From assembly GCA_001662655.1 (NCBI GenBank), contig KV460212.1: a DNA stretch of 64,000 bases; one strand, 5' to 3'. Origin of the DNA: Pseudogymnoascus verrucosus. Lineage: Eukaryota. This document shows, one piece after another, positions 1 through 12,877 of the stretch. Position numbers and translations under genes: made by a program. A model generated the notes under the pieces. The model was not told where the DNA came from, ran no database searches, and worked only from the letters and a program-made list of their open reading frames with translations. Every line of letters starts with the position of its first letter. Positions within the stretch are counted from its first letter, which is position 1.

Positions 1-1139
1 GCGACGACGGACTTGTTGAATGCTAGGTTGGCAACAGCAACTGAACCGATCAGCATCTTGTTATCACTCGACAGGTAGAACCTTTCCACGCGGACAGGGA
101 GCTGTAATCTATCGTATGTCTCTGCGGGGAAATTGGCCAGCGTGATCTCCCACTCGAATGGAAGACGGTCTTGGCCCTCCTCGTCACTAAACGGAAACTC
201 GGAGTCGCTGGCGTAAGATTCAACAGGTGACGATCCAGCACTGACGGCAAGAGGTCGGTCAACCTGTAGGAAATGGCGGATGTGTTCGAGGTGAGAATCG
301 AAATGAACGGCTTTGGAGAACGTCGGTGTGCCGGGCATGCTAGAAGGCCTCCGTCTTGATGATGGTCGAAGTGCGGGGCGAACGAGCTCACCAGACTTCT
401 TGCGAACCATTGGAGGTTTCAGAGACAGGCTGCCTTCGCTATCGTCGGTGTCATCATCGTCAGTCTCGGTGATGGGTGTCTCGGCCTGCTGCTGGTGCCT
501 CATCTCGTTGAGGTATAGAGAGGTGTCTGTGTTAGAGCGGGAGTGGGAGATCTTGATAGCCGATTGTGAGAGCTTCTGCCCAGGATTCCCATTTGTAACT
601 TCCAAGTTGTCTGGCTGTGGCCGCACGATGAGACTCAAAGATTTCCCTGCATGCTTGGCCTCTGTATCGTCATCACTTGGTGAGCTGGCTCGGTGTTGCG
701 CAAGGTTCCTGATCGCAGCCTGGAGTTCGGAAAGCTTCTCGATCTGCCTTCCTCTCGGCTTTTCCGACTCCTCATCATCACTCGAGTTCTGTGCAGACTC
801 GGGCGGGGACAGTATAACCCCAGATGGCAACTTAGACTCGTCAGTCACTGGAGGCGGAGACTTGCGGAGGTTGAGGTTATGTTGCAAGCTGTTCCTCTCT
901 CGGTCAGTCATAGGAAGTGCAGTGTCGGCGCCGTCGTTGGTTACGAATGAAGCTGACTTGACTGAGGGTGTCCTGCGGTGACGGGTCAGGTATGATGCCG
1001 ATCGCGGTAATTCCGGTCTTTGGGAGACTGGTGATGAAGGAACCGGCTGGCCCGGTAAACATGAACCTCTCCGGCTGGTTGCGGGAGAAGACGGGCCAGA
1101 GGACGCGGGGGAACGCTGGCTGGGGGGTGTGTAAGGCAT
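1..1139 (-). CDS. GAC1: Protein phosphatase 1 glycogen-targeting regulatory subunit (Gac1-like, CBM21 domain), 3'-partial
   Basis: Not in the ORF track because it has no stop in the window. Manual translation from ATG 1139 gives MPYTPPSQRSPASS...RPELPRSASYLTRHRRTPS...MVRKKSGELVRPALRPSSRRRPSSMPGTPTFSKAVHFDSHLEHIRHFLQVDRPLAVSAGSSP... This includes a PP1-binding RVxF-type motif KAVHF (~300-314), then the start of a CBM21-like region (VRVERFYLSSDNKMLIGSVAVANLAFNKSVVA). Confidence 0.9.
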   Translation of the reverse strand, partial: MPYTPPSQRSPASSGPSSPATSRRGSCLPGQPVPSSPVSQRPELPRSASYLTRHRRTPSVKSASFVTNDGADTALPMTDRERNSLQHNLNLRKSPPPVTDESKLPSGVILSPPESAQNSSDDEESEKPRGRQIEKLSELQAAIRNLAQHRASSPSDDDTEAKHAGKSLSLIVRPQPDNLEVTNGNPGQKLSQSAIKISHSRSNTDTSLYLNEMRHQQQAETPITETDDDDTDDSEGSLSLKPPMVRKKSGELVRPALRPSSRRRPSSMPGTPTFSKAVHFDSHLEHIRHFLQVDRPLAVSAGSSPVESYASDSEFPFSDEEGQDRLPFEWEITLANFPAETYDRLQLPVRVERFYLSSDNKMLIGSVAVANLAFNKSVV

Positions 1140-1920
1140 TCGTACGGCTGATATGGGCAATATCAAAAGGGCGAAGGGGGGGTTATAGGAAGATGTTGAT
1201 TCTAATCGACGAGGTTTGTCGAGAAGATTGTCTAATTCGTAACAAGCATGGGGGGTTTATGTTCGAATATATATAGGACCTCGAGTCGTTGAACCTAGAG
1301 AAAAGAAGCACTTCGCGTCAGCCAAGAAGTGCCATTATAGGGAAGAATATATTTGAGGGGCAACGGGGGAACAAGGCGAGGAAATGAAAGGATGATAAAT
1401 GTGTTATGCGCGCGAGGTGAGAGGTATGTGGCGAGGATACTTACGACGAGTCCCAAATTTATCGCTCGACGGCGAGTTGTTTGCTGCGTAAGAGAGAGAG
1501 AAGGAAGGTTCGACCGGAGAAGTTTTAAACACGGCGTATTCCAGCTACGTGCAAACTTCCGGCGAGGAAAGAGCGAGGGGCGGCGATGCCGGAGAGTCGT
1601 GGGTGTTCCAGAGACTCGGTGTTGACGCGGGCAAAGACACAACCTGGGGAAAGGTTTCAAATGAACTTTTATAGGACCAGTTTTATTGTCTTGCCTGGCC
1701 CTCCAGAGAGCGTGGGGAAGACTCTTAATAGAAGCGTTGGTGGGAATTGATTGGAGGCGATAGTGTCTCAGCGGCGATGACGTCTACTCGTGAATAACCT
1801 CGCTTGACCTCTTTTTCTGGAACACTGAATGACAAGAGAAGTCAGATGAAAGAATCAGATGAGGAATAAAATATTTCAACGTGGGAGGCTGGCGATGGCC
1901 TAGATAATAAGTATGGCCAG

Positions 1921-1979
1921 AAGAAGAGGAGGAGGAGGAGGAGGAAGAGGAGGGGAAGTTGAGGAGGAGGAGAAGAGGG
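1921..1979. repeat. Imperfect (GAG/GAA)n purine-rich microsatellite
   Basis: aagaagaggaggaggaggaggaggaagaggaggggaag...gaggaggaggagaagaggg seen directly. Confidence 0.7.
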
Positions 1980-4900
1980 TAGGTAATTATTGGAGAGCAA
2001 GCATAGTTTTGGTAGTAGAGTAGAGTATTCCTGTTAAGGTGGGAGGAGGTACATTACTCTGCTCTGGGGGTAGTGGAAGGGAGAGGCGAGATAGGCGGGT
2101 CAACAGGATTTGCAGGGGGGGAGGTTACCAACCATGAACAACCATGAACAACTACCATTGACCACTAAGTGCATCGCTAGGCCGAGCTATGGGAGTTGAG
2201 TGGAGAAACCGATTTAGTGACATCCTCGACCCTTGTGTGATACGCCACTTCAAGGTACCGTCTAGATTCTCCCCCATGGCCCCCCCCGGGCCCCCCATGG
2301 CGCCCACCCAAATGTCTGGAATACCTCACTTTGGCCTCGTATTGTGTGCGGTTTCGTTGTATTTTGTTGTGTATTTTGTTGTGCATTTATTGTGCATTTT
2401 TATATTGTGTACTGCTATATTGCGATATTGACATATTGTCATATTAGCATATCGACATGATACTGTAGGGTATAATATAAATTGTTGTACTCGAGTACGC
2501 ATCGCTACATCTGTACGTCTCTGAATCGATCCTTCTTGTCACTCTACTCCACCACCGGCGTCTTCCTTTTACATATCTACAAGCACACATTAAACCTCAA
2601 TAATAGATAAACAAAAGACCTCAAAACAATATAATTATGCATATATTTTGTCTATTTTGTACACAGACCGTACTATCTACTGTGCTCAGAGCACAGACAC
2701 AGGCACAAAGCACAAGTGACAAAGACTCTCCCGTCTTGTGTTTTGTACGTACGCGTACATCACCGACATCATCCTGACTCTCCACCAACACTTGTCCCTG
2801 GGCTATTGTGATATAGCCCGCCCACCAAAGAAATGATATGGTACAGTATGCTGCTAGAAACTTCCCCATGGGCTATGCTGTGCCCTGGTGTGCTCCCCCA
2901 TACTCCCCATACTCTCCATAATCTGACCTGTTTCTGTGCTCCCCTAGGCCTCTGACCTCGACAATAGTGGGCTCATTATGCGCTCGAGGTGGACACAACA
3001 GTGGGCTCTCGGTGGAAACGCAGTGGAGTTGGAGCTGCCAACTTTGATTTTGTCGCCACAAACATCAGTGAATCTGAATCTGCCCACAAATACTCCAGAT
3101 ACTACTACATAATTCGGAGTAATGTATGAACTCTAACCGTCGCCGTGGTTGTTGAGTGGCTATGGATGGTTTATGGGCTATTTCATATGCATCCGATGAC
3201 TACTACTATTGGTACTCGATCCAAACGCCGGACGACTGTTCGCGTTGTTCACACGGCAGGATGTCACGTCGAAATCGTCCCGGCTTTCCTTCCTCTACAA
3301 GGCGCACTCTGATTATGGCGTCACAGTGCTCCGGATCGATGTTTCAACACTTTTTCATTCGGCGTGCTCGCTGATCAGAAAGCACACGCACGTCCCTGCG
3401 GTGCAACCATTACCACGCAAAGGGTGCCGGTCATTCTATCCTCATCCTCGAATTCCTGTCCCCTTTACCAAATCACTTACCTTATTGGGAATCCATCATA
3501 TCCGATCGCCTCGCCGACGTCGCAGAAACATACATAATCGAACTGATAACGAATTCGCCACACAGCTCTGATTTTTTTTTCTCTGCTCAGTGCCGTCATT
3601 CCAGGGTATGATTGGCCCCAACACCCAGGCCAGAAATTCCTTGCATGGGCCAGTACGTGGATCCGCTGGTGCACGCTCGCCAAAATTCCCTGGGCGAACA
3701 TGCCGTTGGCCCACATTGATATGCTAGTCGCACGCCGCCTTGAGTGGATCCTTGTCCGTCCTCTTCTCTGGCTCGGTGGCACCAATTGTGGCTTTTTTTG
3801 TCAAAGAGCCTGGAGGGGACAGGTCAGTGATATCGAGTAGGGAAGAGATTGGGAATGTCACCTTTCTCACAGTTTCCAAAAGAAAAGTCACGTAATCGGT
3901 GATCACCAGGGAGGTCGCAAAGTGTCACCGTCACCGCTACTGTTACCTCTAGTCATGTATAACAGAGACATTCGATATGGACACCGCCACGTCTCTCTCT
4001 CTCTTATCACGGACTTAAACACCCAAACACCCCCCAAATGATAAGGCGACTGACTGACCCCGTCCATCCCGGGCAACTCCATCACACACAGTGGCCACAA
4101 TGGCGACCTTTGAGCTCCTCAGCACACCAAAAATAATGGAGACTATGGTGCGAGGTGGAGCAAACATTGTCTTAGGGCCACGGCAGCATTCCTGTGGCTA
4201 CATTCAACTGTATCCACAGCATCTTAAGCTGAGGGGCTCTCCAAAGATCGAAATCATTGCCTCTTCTCATCAAATTCCCCCTCGCTGAGGAAGCAGAAGG
4301 CAGAAAGCTCGAAGTAGGCGTATCGCCGATCCACCCGGCTTACCTACTTGGTCTGACGCCGGCGAGCGGGACGGGCGGAGCACACCCATACTTTGAGCTC
4401 CTCTCTCTCTTATTGTGCTGCAATTAGTATAGTACTGTAATTACCCTGCCATGGCATTTAGCATCTGTTATTCACTCGGCGCCTCTTTTGAAAATTGCAT
4501 GGATCGAAATCGATTCTGATCGTAGTCCCAGCGCTTTTGTTACGTTCCCTCGTATCTTCATTTATTTTGCAGTTGATTATATTGCACTACTGTACCTTAT
4601 CTGAAAGTTTTTTCGGCTGTCGCGGAGCTAGACGACGGGTCCAGGGCGAGGCCAGGCTCTAGGGCGCCGATCTTGCCACTGGCTGTGGCAGGGCTCTATC
4701 ACTTTATTGGCCTCTTCCGCGGAGTGCCGTTACCATTGGTAGGTACAGCCACTGCGCTCGGCCTGTTTGTGTTTTTTCTCTTCCCAAGTACAAACACTAT
4801 CGTCTAACGAACTCGCAACACGCCGGCGACAATACTTGGCTTGGAGATAACGATCAAAAGTTTGGCCCTTGTTTCGCTATGATATTATTACCAGGCAGGC

Positions 4901-7900
4901 AACTCAATACAGATAAAGCCTCGAGTCAGGTGGTTTAGCCATCCGATATTCACCTGCAATGCTGACTCCCCCCTTCTCCGTCCATCCTGATACCTTTGCG
5001 CACGCAAATGGTATCCAAAGCACCAAAACCCCACTCACCAGCCAATCATATGCCCACACCCCCCCAACACCCCCCCATCCCCGCAGCCTCGTCGCGCGGG
5101 ATGTCTCAGGAAACGGCCATGCTTTCGCTGGGGAGGGGGGCAGCCACAGCATTTGCATCGGCCATCAAATCAGCAACAAACAGGATTTCCTGCCCTACGC
5201 CCACATTGCGGTGAGCATAAAGGAGGGGTATATGTGCATAACCCATGCAATGCAGCACCCAGCGAACAGGTTACTCGCCAATGCGGGCTGGTCAATTTAC
5301 AGTAGGTGTGCGCCACGACGCAGCCCATAGATGCGCCACGCCATGCAGCTGCGTCCTTCTGGTCTATGGCTGTGGTTATCTCGTGGCTTTTTGCGCTGGG
5401 ATGGGGGGAGGGGTTGAGACATGAGGTCTTGGCGCGTGGCTTCGAGTTTGTTGCTGCTGCGACGGGTGCGCGAACTGAGATAAGGCCGTTTGCGGGCGCG
5501 GGGTTTCCTTGGAACGAAAGTACTACTACGAAGTAAGGAGGTGGAGAAAGACGAGTGCCAATCACAGCTGACTTCCTCTACTTCCCCCTCAGTTTCAATC
5601 GAGTTTCTGGTACTGTAGTGTACGGTAGCTACAGCAGTCCGAACTTTGGATCATTGTCTCCCAGCACCCGCGTCGTGGAAGGTCATTTGAATCAGAGGCG
5701 GCACGCTTCTGCATCATGTCGCGATCCCCATCGTATTTCGCATGCTTTACATCCGCGCATCCCTCTCTCGCCCATGCCGATCATTGCCGCACAAGGGTTG
5801 GCTATTAATATTCTCCAGACCCACACTACGAGACCCAACCCCCGACCGAACTCGCAGCAACGTACGATCCGTGTCCCGTCAGCCTCAGGTTCTGGCCGCC
5901 CTTGGCGGAGAACCTAAGCATGGTTCTAGTTGGCAGGGGAAGCGGCCGTCTCGTCGTTTCCAGCCTCGCCGAGGAGCAGGGCTTGGTAAATTTTGTGCGC
6001 GACGATACGAAACATGCGGTTTTCGGAGGATCGGCGTGGCGCTGGGGAGAGGCAGATTGGGCTGCGTTTCATGGTATTATAAGAGGAAGATTGGATCCGA
6101 ATTGTCTGCAGGATGCAGCAACCTACATACGGGCAATGCAATGAAATGCAGAGATTTGTATATATGACCTCCCTCAACGCGACGGGGGGTGAAGTGTGTT
6201 CTGGGCGGATCTGTTCTGTACCGTGTTATGGATTCTACATCGCATCGCATCTCATCCGCAAACCAACCTCTCCGTGTCTGACATCTTGAAGACTTCAACG
6301 ACATATTTATTTTCTGTTGAGTCTTGTACCTCCGGAGAAGCAATATTTCCAGCTCCACAGTACCGGGCCATGTAACCCCAACACCTGACTTTGAAATTAC
6401 AAAGGATGCTTTTGCTGTCCGCGGATGTCACCTGAGTCGTACCGTCTGCGCATCATAGTCGAAATACTCGCATCACATCCACCGTGCGTGTCCTACAGTA
6501 AGCAACAGCACAACACAGCGCGTCCACCACTCCTCCACGCCAGGCATCACCACGTCGATGTAATCAATCCCCATCCCGCTCTCAACCCTGCCATCAAGTC
6601 CCCAGCCAGCACTACGGCCAGTACTACAGCATACCCAACATCACTTCCCCGCATTTGGGACGCACGCACGTCCGCTCGCAGCGTCTACCTGCTGCACCGT
6701 CGTTCATTCTGGGGAAGTCGCACATAGCACAGTTGCAGTTGACGGCACGGAAAGGGGCTTGCTGAGGGGTTAGGTTAATGCACAGCGCACATCACATCAA
6801 ACGAACAGGATCCTGGCCCCTACTCCTCTCACACGCTCGCTGTCCCCACCGCTCATTTGCGCACAGATGGCGCGACGCCGCGCGCGCGCCCTCGTCGTCT
6901 CGAAGCGGCAATGATTCCTCGCCGCGCAAGCTGACTGTGCGCTAAGGTTTCGGTAGAGACGCTGCTTGCACCTCCTCACCGCTCGCCTGCCGCTGCGAAT
7001 GCCTGCCGTGTCTGACGCCTGAGCGCCACTAGGTAGGTAGTAAGTAAGACAGCGGCGAGCCGAGAGCCGGAAGGGCGTAGGAGAGTTGTTTTGGTAGCGT
7101 ATGGTAGTGGTCAGTCAGCGTGGGATTGGGGATGGGATGGGATATGCACGGTGATTACTGGCTTACTAGCTAGCTACTGTATGCTGATCCCTAGGGGCGA
7201 TGGTGAGGCTCGTGTGGTGAGAGGGATGGGATGAGGGGGTTCAATGTGGAGTTGCTTACCGCGGGAGTGTACGTACGATGCAGCCGCGTTCAGTAGTGAA
7301 GATGGGGAGAGCGGGAGAGCGAGCACGCCGGCGTAGGGTAGTTCGATGCACCTTCCGTCCCATCCCCATCCCATCCCATCGAATCCATCCAAACCCATAC
7401 AGACCCATCCCATCGAACCCATCGAACCATCCAAACCCATACCAACCCCCGCGCGGCGGCTAGGTTAGCTGAACCTGGTTGGCACGAAAGCCCAGACCTT
7501 CGCCAATCCCCTGTCCCCAGCCCGCGCCACCAACCAAACCAGCTAGCCCGGCCACGAACCTCACATCAGAAACGGATTTTTCGGCTTTGACGAGGGCCAG
7601 GGGGAAGGAGGGTGGGTGTACATGGGCTGGTACATGCACGTCGCGCAAGGGGCTTCTTTGTTTTTGTTTACCTAACACGAGAGATGATGTCATTCTCCAA
7701 GGATGGAAGCTGTTTTTGCTTCCCTGGCAGAAAAAATGCGCAAAAAGCAAGTACGATGCGAAATTACAGTCTTGGGGTGGTTTTCAGTGCTGGATGGGGA
7801 TATTGCTCTTTCGAGGTGTTTTGAGGATTTCGAGCTCCGCTTTATTTTGTGTGTGGGGGCTGGTGGGCAGTGGGGGCGTTGACATGTTGAGATTCTGGTG

Positions 7901-10900
7901 GGGTGTGGGGGGTTTGATAGGGGGTAGGTGCTTAGGTGGGTTTTGGTTGATACTGTGCCGCCATCGATGGCGAAAAACGGTGGCAATGCGTGAACTTCAC
8001 GACTTACTCGATGATTGGTGCTTCAAAGAGGCGATGATGGAGTCGATGTGGTGGGGATAAGGTTACACGGGCTACGTTTGAGCAATACTGACTAACACTG
8101 ATGCGAACTGACGACAAACTGATCGGCCGGAGCTTGACGACTCGACTCGGGGTTGATCACCGAAAAGTACGTGGACTTAAGGTTTGTCTGCTCGGGCAGC
8201 AAGAATCTCTGTTGAGGAATTTGCCACCAAATATATTGGAAAAGGCGGTTTTGTAGGGGATTTAAGCCTACTTGCCTTACGATTTGGGGTTACACAAAAA
8301 CGGATACGGAATGTAAGTACTATACTATTTCTTGCAGTCGAAGATCACTGTGGCGATCAGTATCAGGGCTCTCAGGGTTATTGGTGCTTATCAGTTTTAT
8401 ATCCTCCCTCCTGCCTCATTGTCCCAATCCTTTTTCTCGAGCACATAGACTACTGTGTCCTTTCTCTTATCTTGTTTCTTTTGTGGCTTGTTGCACTGCA
8501 CCGCCCTCGGTTGCGCCTTTCTATGGCTTTGAGACAGCATAAGGAGCGACAACGCAGATATCCTCTTTGGGGAGACCGAGCGGTAAGCTCGGTTTATTCC
8601 ACTATACATTTATCATACATTTCCTGCTTCCCCTACCTCACACACCGTCGTCATGTCTAGAGTCAAGTGCTGCAGGTCATGAGGGTCACTTGGACATCCG
8701 GATAACACCTCCCCCGGCGTCAACTCCCTGTTTTCCCGCGCAAATTGCCTCGTGGTCGCAACCAGCGTTTGCACGTGCTATCAAGTAGGAGTGAGGGGAT
8801 TTGAGTAACGCTGGACGGCTTTCCCCAAGCGGGGATCCCATATCGTGACCGCCGCCGGAACGTCGGACTCTCCTTTAATGTCGGTCTAAGGCAGGAAATC
8901 GTGCAGTCTGGGGTGCAGAAGGAGTAAGCTGTGCATGGGGATACAGAGGTTATGCTGCTGTTGATCGACTGTCTAGCTTTACAATTTACAGGTTTAACAG
9001 CATGTTATTTTATTACCTTGAAGGTTTCCCGCTGTGCTTGCTCAGTCCGCATATTCGGTTGCTACTACCTATCTAGGCAGTAATAGACATCTTCGGGCTA
9101 AAACTTGCAACATTGTGCATCCCAAACGAGCATGGTAACTACCAACTCACTCACTTCCATGTCCTCCTCCTGTCTACAGCGTTTCGCCTGATACAGCTAC
9201 ACTACACTACACAGCTCACCGCATTCCAACCACTCTGATCACCCGTTCTCTGCACGTCACTCTCACTAGCCCCCCTCTCCATGCACCAGCCCGAATCCTC
9301 ACTCCGACTCGTAACCCTGCAGCGGCAAGGGCTGACGATGGTGATCTCCGTCGTCGGAGATATTCCCAACACGCTGGATGTGAGAACGGCAGCACGGCAA
9401 CCATCACCTCGGCGGCCTCCTGCGCTCACCGCCTCGGGGCCATGACTCGCTCCCCAGGCTCGCGGTGGATGAACCCCTACCTGTTCTACCCCTGGAACTT
9501 GAGGTTTGAGGGGAAACGTGCGGGGAGGAGGAGCGGGGTCGGAGGGGCTGGTGAGAGATTGGGGGGGTTAAGGATGGTCGGGGGGGGTTATCACGGCTTG
9601 GATGAGGTGTCTCGGTGTTATCTTGCGGGTTTCTGTGTTGGGATTCCCTCGGCTCTGGGTCAGGTGGATCCGTGAAGGTGTTGTTATCACCCCTCGGGCT
9701 CTGCAAGATGCGAGTATTGTTACGAGATCGGCAAATGGTCATGAATGAGGACAATGATACTTGCAGGCCGTCGTCCGAGTATCAGGGTCAGTTCTTCAGC
9801 GGAGACAGGTACAGCCCGTCTTTGTCTTCTATAAGTCACTATGTGGCGCCGTGACAAAGGGATAGGCCGCACATCTCCTATTTTTGTAGATATTCAGATC
9901 CATTCACCCCGAGCAACAGCCGTTCAACACCCATCATCCAGGATGTGAAGAGGCTAGACCCCTCATTGTTGAAGGGACGAGGAGATGAGGGGGTGAGGAA
10001 GTGAGGGGGGGAGGGGGGAAGGCGGGTTGTCAAAGGGGGTTGGGAGGCGGGGTGTAAATCAACCGTTCAATAGTATGCTTATGGCGCCACCTATTTGTGG
10101 ATGGCATGGGAGAGCTATATTGGAGAATCGGCTCGGCGACGGGAGGTGTGGAGTGAGGAGGGCCCGGGGTTGATGCGAGGCATTGAATTGGACTCTGGAG
10201 TATGCCGACTAACCTTGTATAATGATTGTACGTATTTGGGAGGTGGTGAAGGTTGCCAGATGAGAAGGCTGCATCCTAACGGTTAGAGGGATGAAGGTGG
10301 GTGCGGGACGGGACAATATAAGTGGGAGGCCCGATCGGGACGGAAGTGGATCGCGAACATCCTACGGCGTGGCGCCTGCGACGATGCGAGCGCGACCGAA
10401 GATGGTAGGCCTCCGCCGTGGAGGAGTGTCGAGGTGGGGAATCCGGAATGCGATGGATCGTTTCTGTCGAACCTCGACCCAGGCAGAAAGAGGGGCTGAC
10501 TGGGAAGCTGCGAGATATGCGTGTTTGCTTGGCGGCTTTCCGATGGGGGTGAGGGCCTGGGCGATTGGCGAACATGGGGGAGTTTACGTACGCGCGCGTT
10601 GGAGGGGTTGCGGTGGACAATCTATTGAGGTTTCGTGTGGTGCATAGGTCGTAGCTATTATTGATATCAGCTCCCTGTCAGGGTGGTGGGCCCTGGTGGG
10701 TTCGTATGCTGTCAGTTATGTGAGAGTGCTAGGATACGCGAATACGTGCATCCCTACGGGAAGGCCATCTCTGGGCAGCACGTTTTATCCCTGGCCGTCG
10801 TTGCTGTGAAGAACGCCTCCTGGCCATTGATTGCGCGACATCACGCTGTCCTGACACATCGAGACCGTTAACCTCGCCTTGTACGACAGTGAGTAGGCTA

Positions 10901-12398
10901 TATGCGGTATCACCGGTGTGGACACAAGCGATAGGGGGATTCTACAGCGGCCTCATAATACCTCAATCATCTCCGTGGACATCGCGGCTCGAATCGTCAG
11001 CTCATGCATAACTGTTTGATCATCTGTGGGTCTGCAGCTGGAGGTATGCACGGCACCTATCAGCGGTAAGTTCAAGTGTCCATCAGAAGATGAGATGCCT
11101 CAGTTACAGGTCGCTCCTTCCTCCATATAGCACTTCGAATTCGACGTTGTGCATGCCGCAAATCCCACTGTGGCTTGCCGAGAACCGCTGCAACGCTGTG
11201 GCGAAGAAAACGGGTTACTTGCCGTTGCCACGGCGGCGCTGATGAAGAATTTATATATATTATAAATGGTCGCCGCCGGCCGACCCCTTCAGGGATCCAG
11301 CGATGCGGGCTCAGTGTAGTGGCGTCGCACCGCAGTAAGTTCGTCGATACATGTCTCAGATGTACACGCGATTAGGCGCTGTAGCGACCCATGCATTGCG
11401 CCATAGTGGTGTCTGGGCGCGCCCCTCACCCCACCACCAACATCCTGCCAATGCCACCTTGGCGGTGTCTGTTGAGCAATTCGCCGCCGCCGCCAGCCAT
11501 TGAGTCACGAGTAGGTTGGACGTCTGCGGTGCGGCATGGGGGATCTAGTCAGCATATTTCGATGATGAGGTGGCGGGGACACGGCATTCGATGGTTGATG
11601 GGTGTGATGGCACGAGATAGGGGCAATCTATGCTGTGCTCTCGTCGGCGTCCTTAGATGGCAGGCATTGGAGATTGGAAGTTTCCGTCTCGGCTCTTTGT
11701 GAGGGGTCGCGGATTTCCGCTCTGGGAGTAAGGGGCGTCAGGGAGCCTCTGGGATAATTGCCTGGTGTTGAAGGTACCCCTTATCAAGGGAGGAGCATAT
11801 GTGAGTGAGTACCTCTACCTATGCTTCAGCGCTTGGTACGTACTAGCTCTCCTTATTTACTAGATGGGGGTTCTGGATATGATCAATTTTATATGTTTCT
11901 CTTGCTCATTGAAAGTTCAATCAATTGCCTCCATGTTCAATTGATCTCTTCGGATATCTCTGGGGTTGACACAACTATGCTACATGCTCTGGCACGGGAG
12001 TATCTCTATATTTATTTTGTTTTTATGAATGGCGTTCTGATTTCTCATCTGTAGGCCGCTCTTTGCTGTCACCATTTCATAAGTCCCTCAGAACTTTCGG
12101 AGACCCTCTCCGAACGGCTGTCTCTCTATCTACAGCTCTGAAAGCCGTTGTTAGCCGTTGCCATCGACGAGAAGCCACAGGACGCCAGCGTCCAAGTGCG
12201 ACGTCGATAAGCACAGAGGCTATGCAGTGGTGGAAGCAGTCTGCTGACCCAGAGTTGGAGACAGCAGTTGAGGGAGATAGGAGGGATTACGTGTGACTAT
12301 GGTCCTAAGACCTTTGAGTCAGCCAGCTTGGGCAGTGCCTCGCGGGAGCCACCAGGTACGTCGGGATGACTGCTTCCTGCCATGGTAGGAGTATCTGT

Positions 12399-12482
12399 CT
12401 CCCGTCTCTTCTCCCGTCTCTTCTCCCGTCTCTTCTCCCGTCTCCTTTCCCGTCTCCTTTCCCGTCTCCTTTCCCGTCTCCC
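12399..12482. repeat. 12-bp tandem repeat, 7 copies (YTCCCGTCTCYT)
   Basis: ctcccgtctctt x3, ctcccgtctcct, ttcccgtctcct x2, ttcccgtctccc. Confidence 0.95.
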
Positions 12483-12877
12483 GACATAGATGGCGGGACG
12501 AACCGCTACCCGGAGTGTCGGGGGTCGATGGCATTGCCGTGAAATGCGTATATCACGGGAACTGGCATGAGCAACGGGAACGGACGACAACCGCGTTGGT
12601 AACAGAATCACTATGGCGGCAGACTTGGGATATGGTATTCACTGCTCAATCACGATCCATAAGCTCTTCGACTTCATGCAACAAATATAAACATGTTCAA
12701 CCTCTTTGCTAACTATACCCGATAGTAAAATGAGTTAACGACAGGACTAGCTATAAGAATTGAATATCTTCAGAGAAAAGCGGGTACGTCTTCAAGTCTT
12801 CATGTATAGGGGCCAGATATCTTTTCCGTTCTACTTCTAGCAGAAACTCAACTTCTCCTTAAACATCTAGAAACTTA

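Noticed and set aside
313..981. 222-aa plus-strand ORF
   Set aside because: Antisense shadow of the Gac1-like CDS
7121..7450. GGGAT-rich tract (7121-7145) complementary to CCCAT-rich tract (7357-7450)
   Set aside because: Low-complexity pentamer repeats; complementarity is expected from composition
8300..8590. Minus-strand peptide GLPKEDICVVAPY resembling an SF1 helicase motif
   Set aside because: Single short motif amid multiple stops; no other helicase motifs recognised. Would need blastx.
9139..9675. ~178-codon open frame with an ATG only at 9442
   Set aside because: No recognisable domain or convincing splice structure; cannot be distinguished from a chance ORF in skewed sequence
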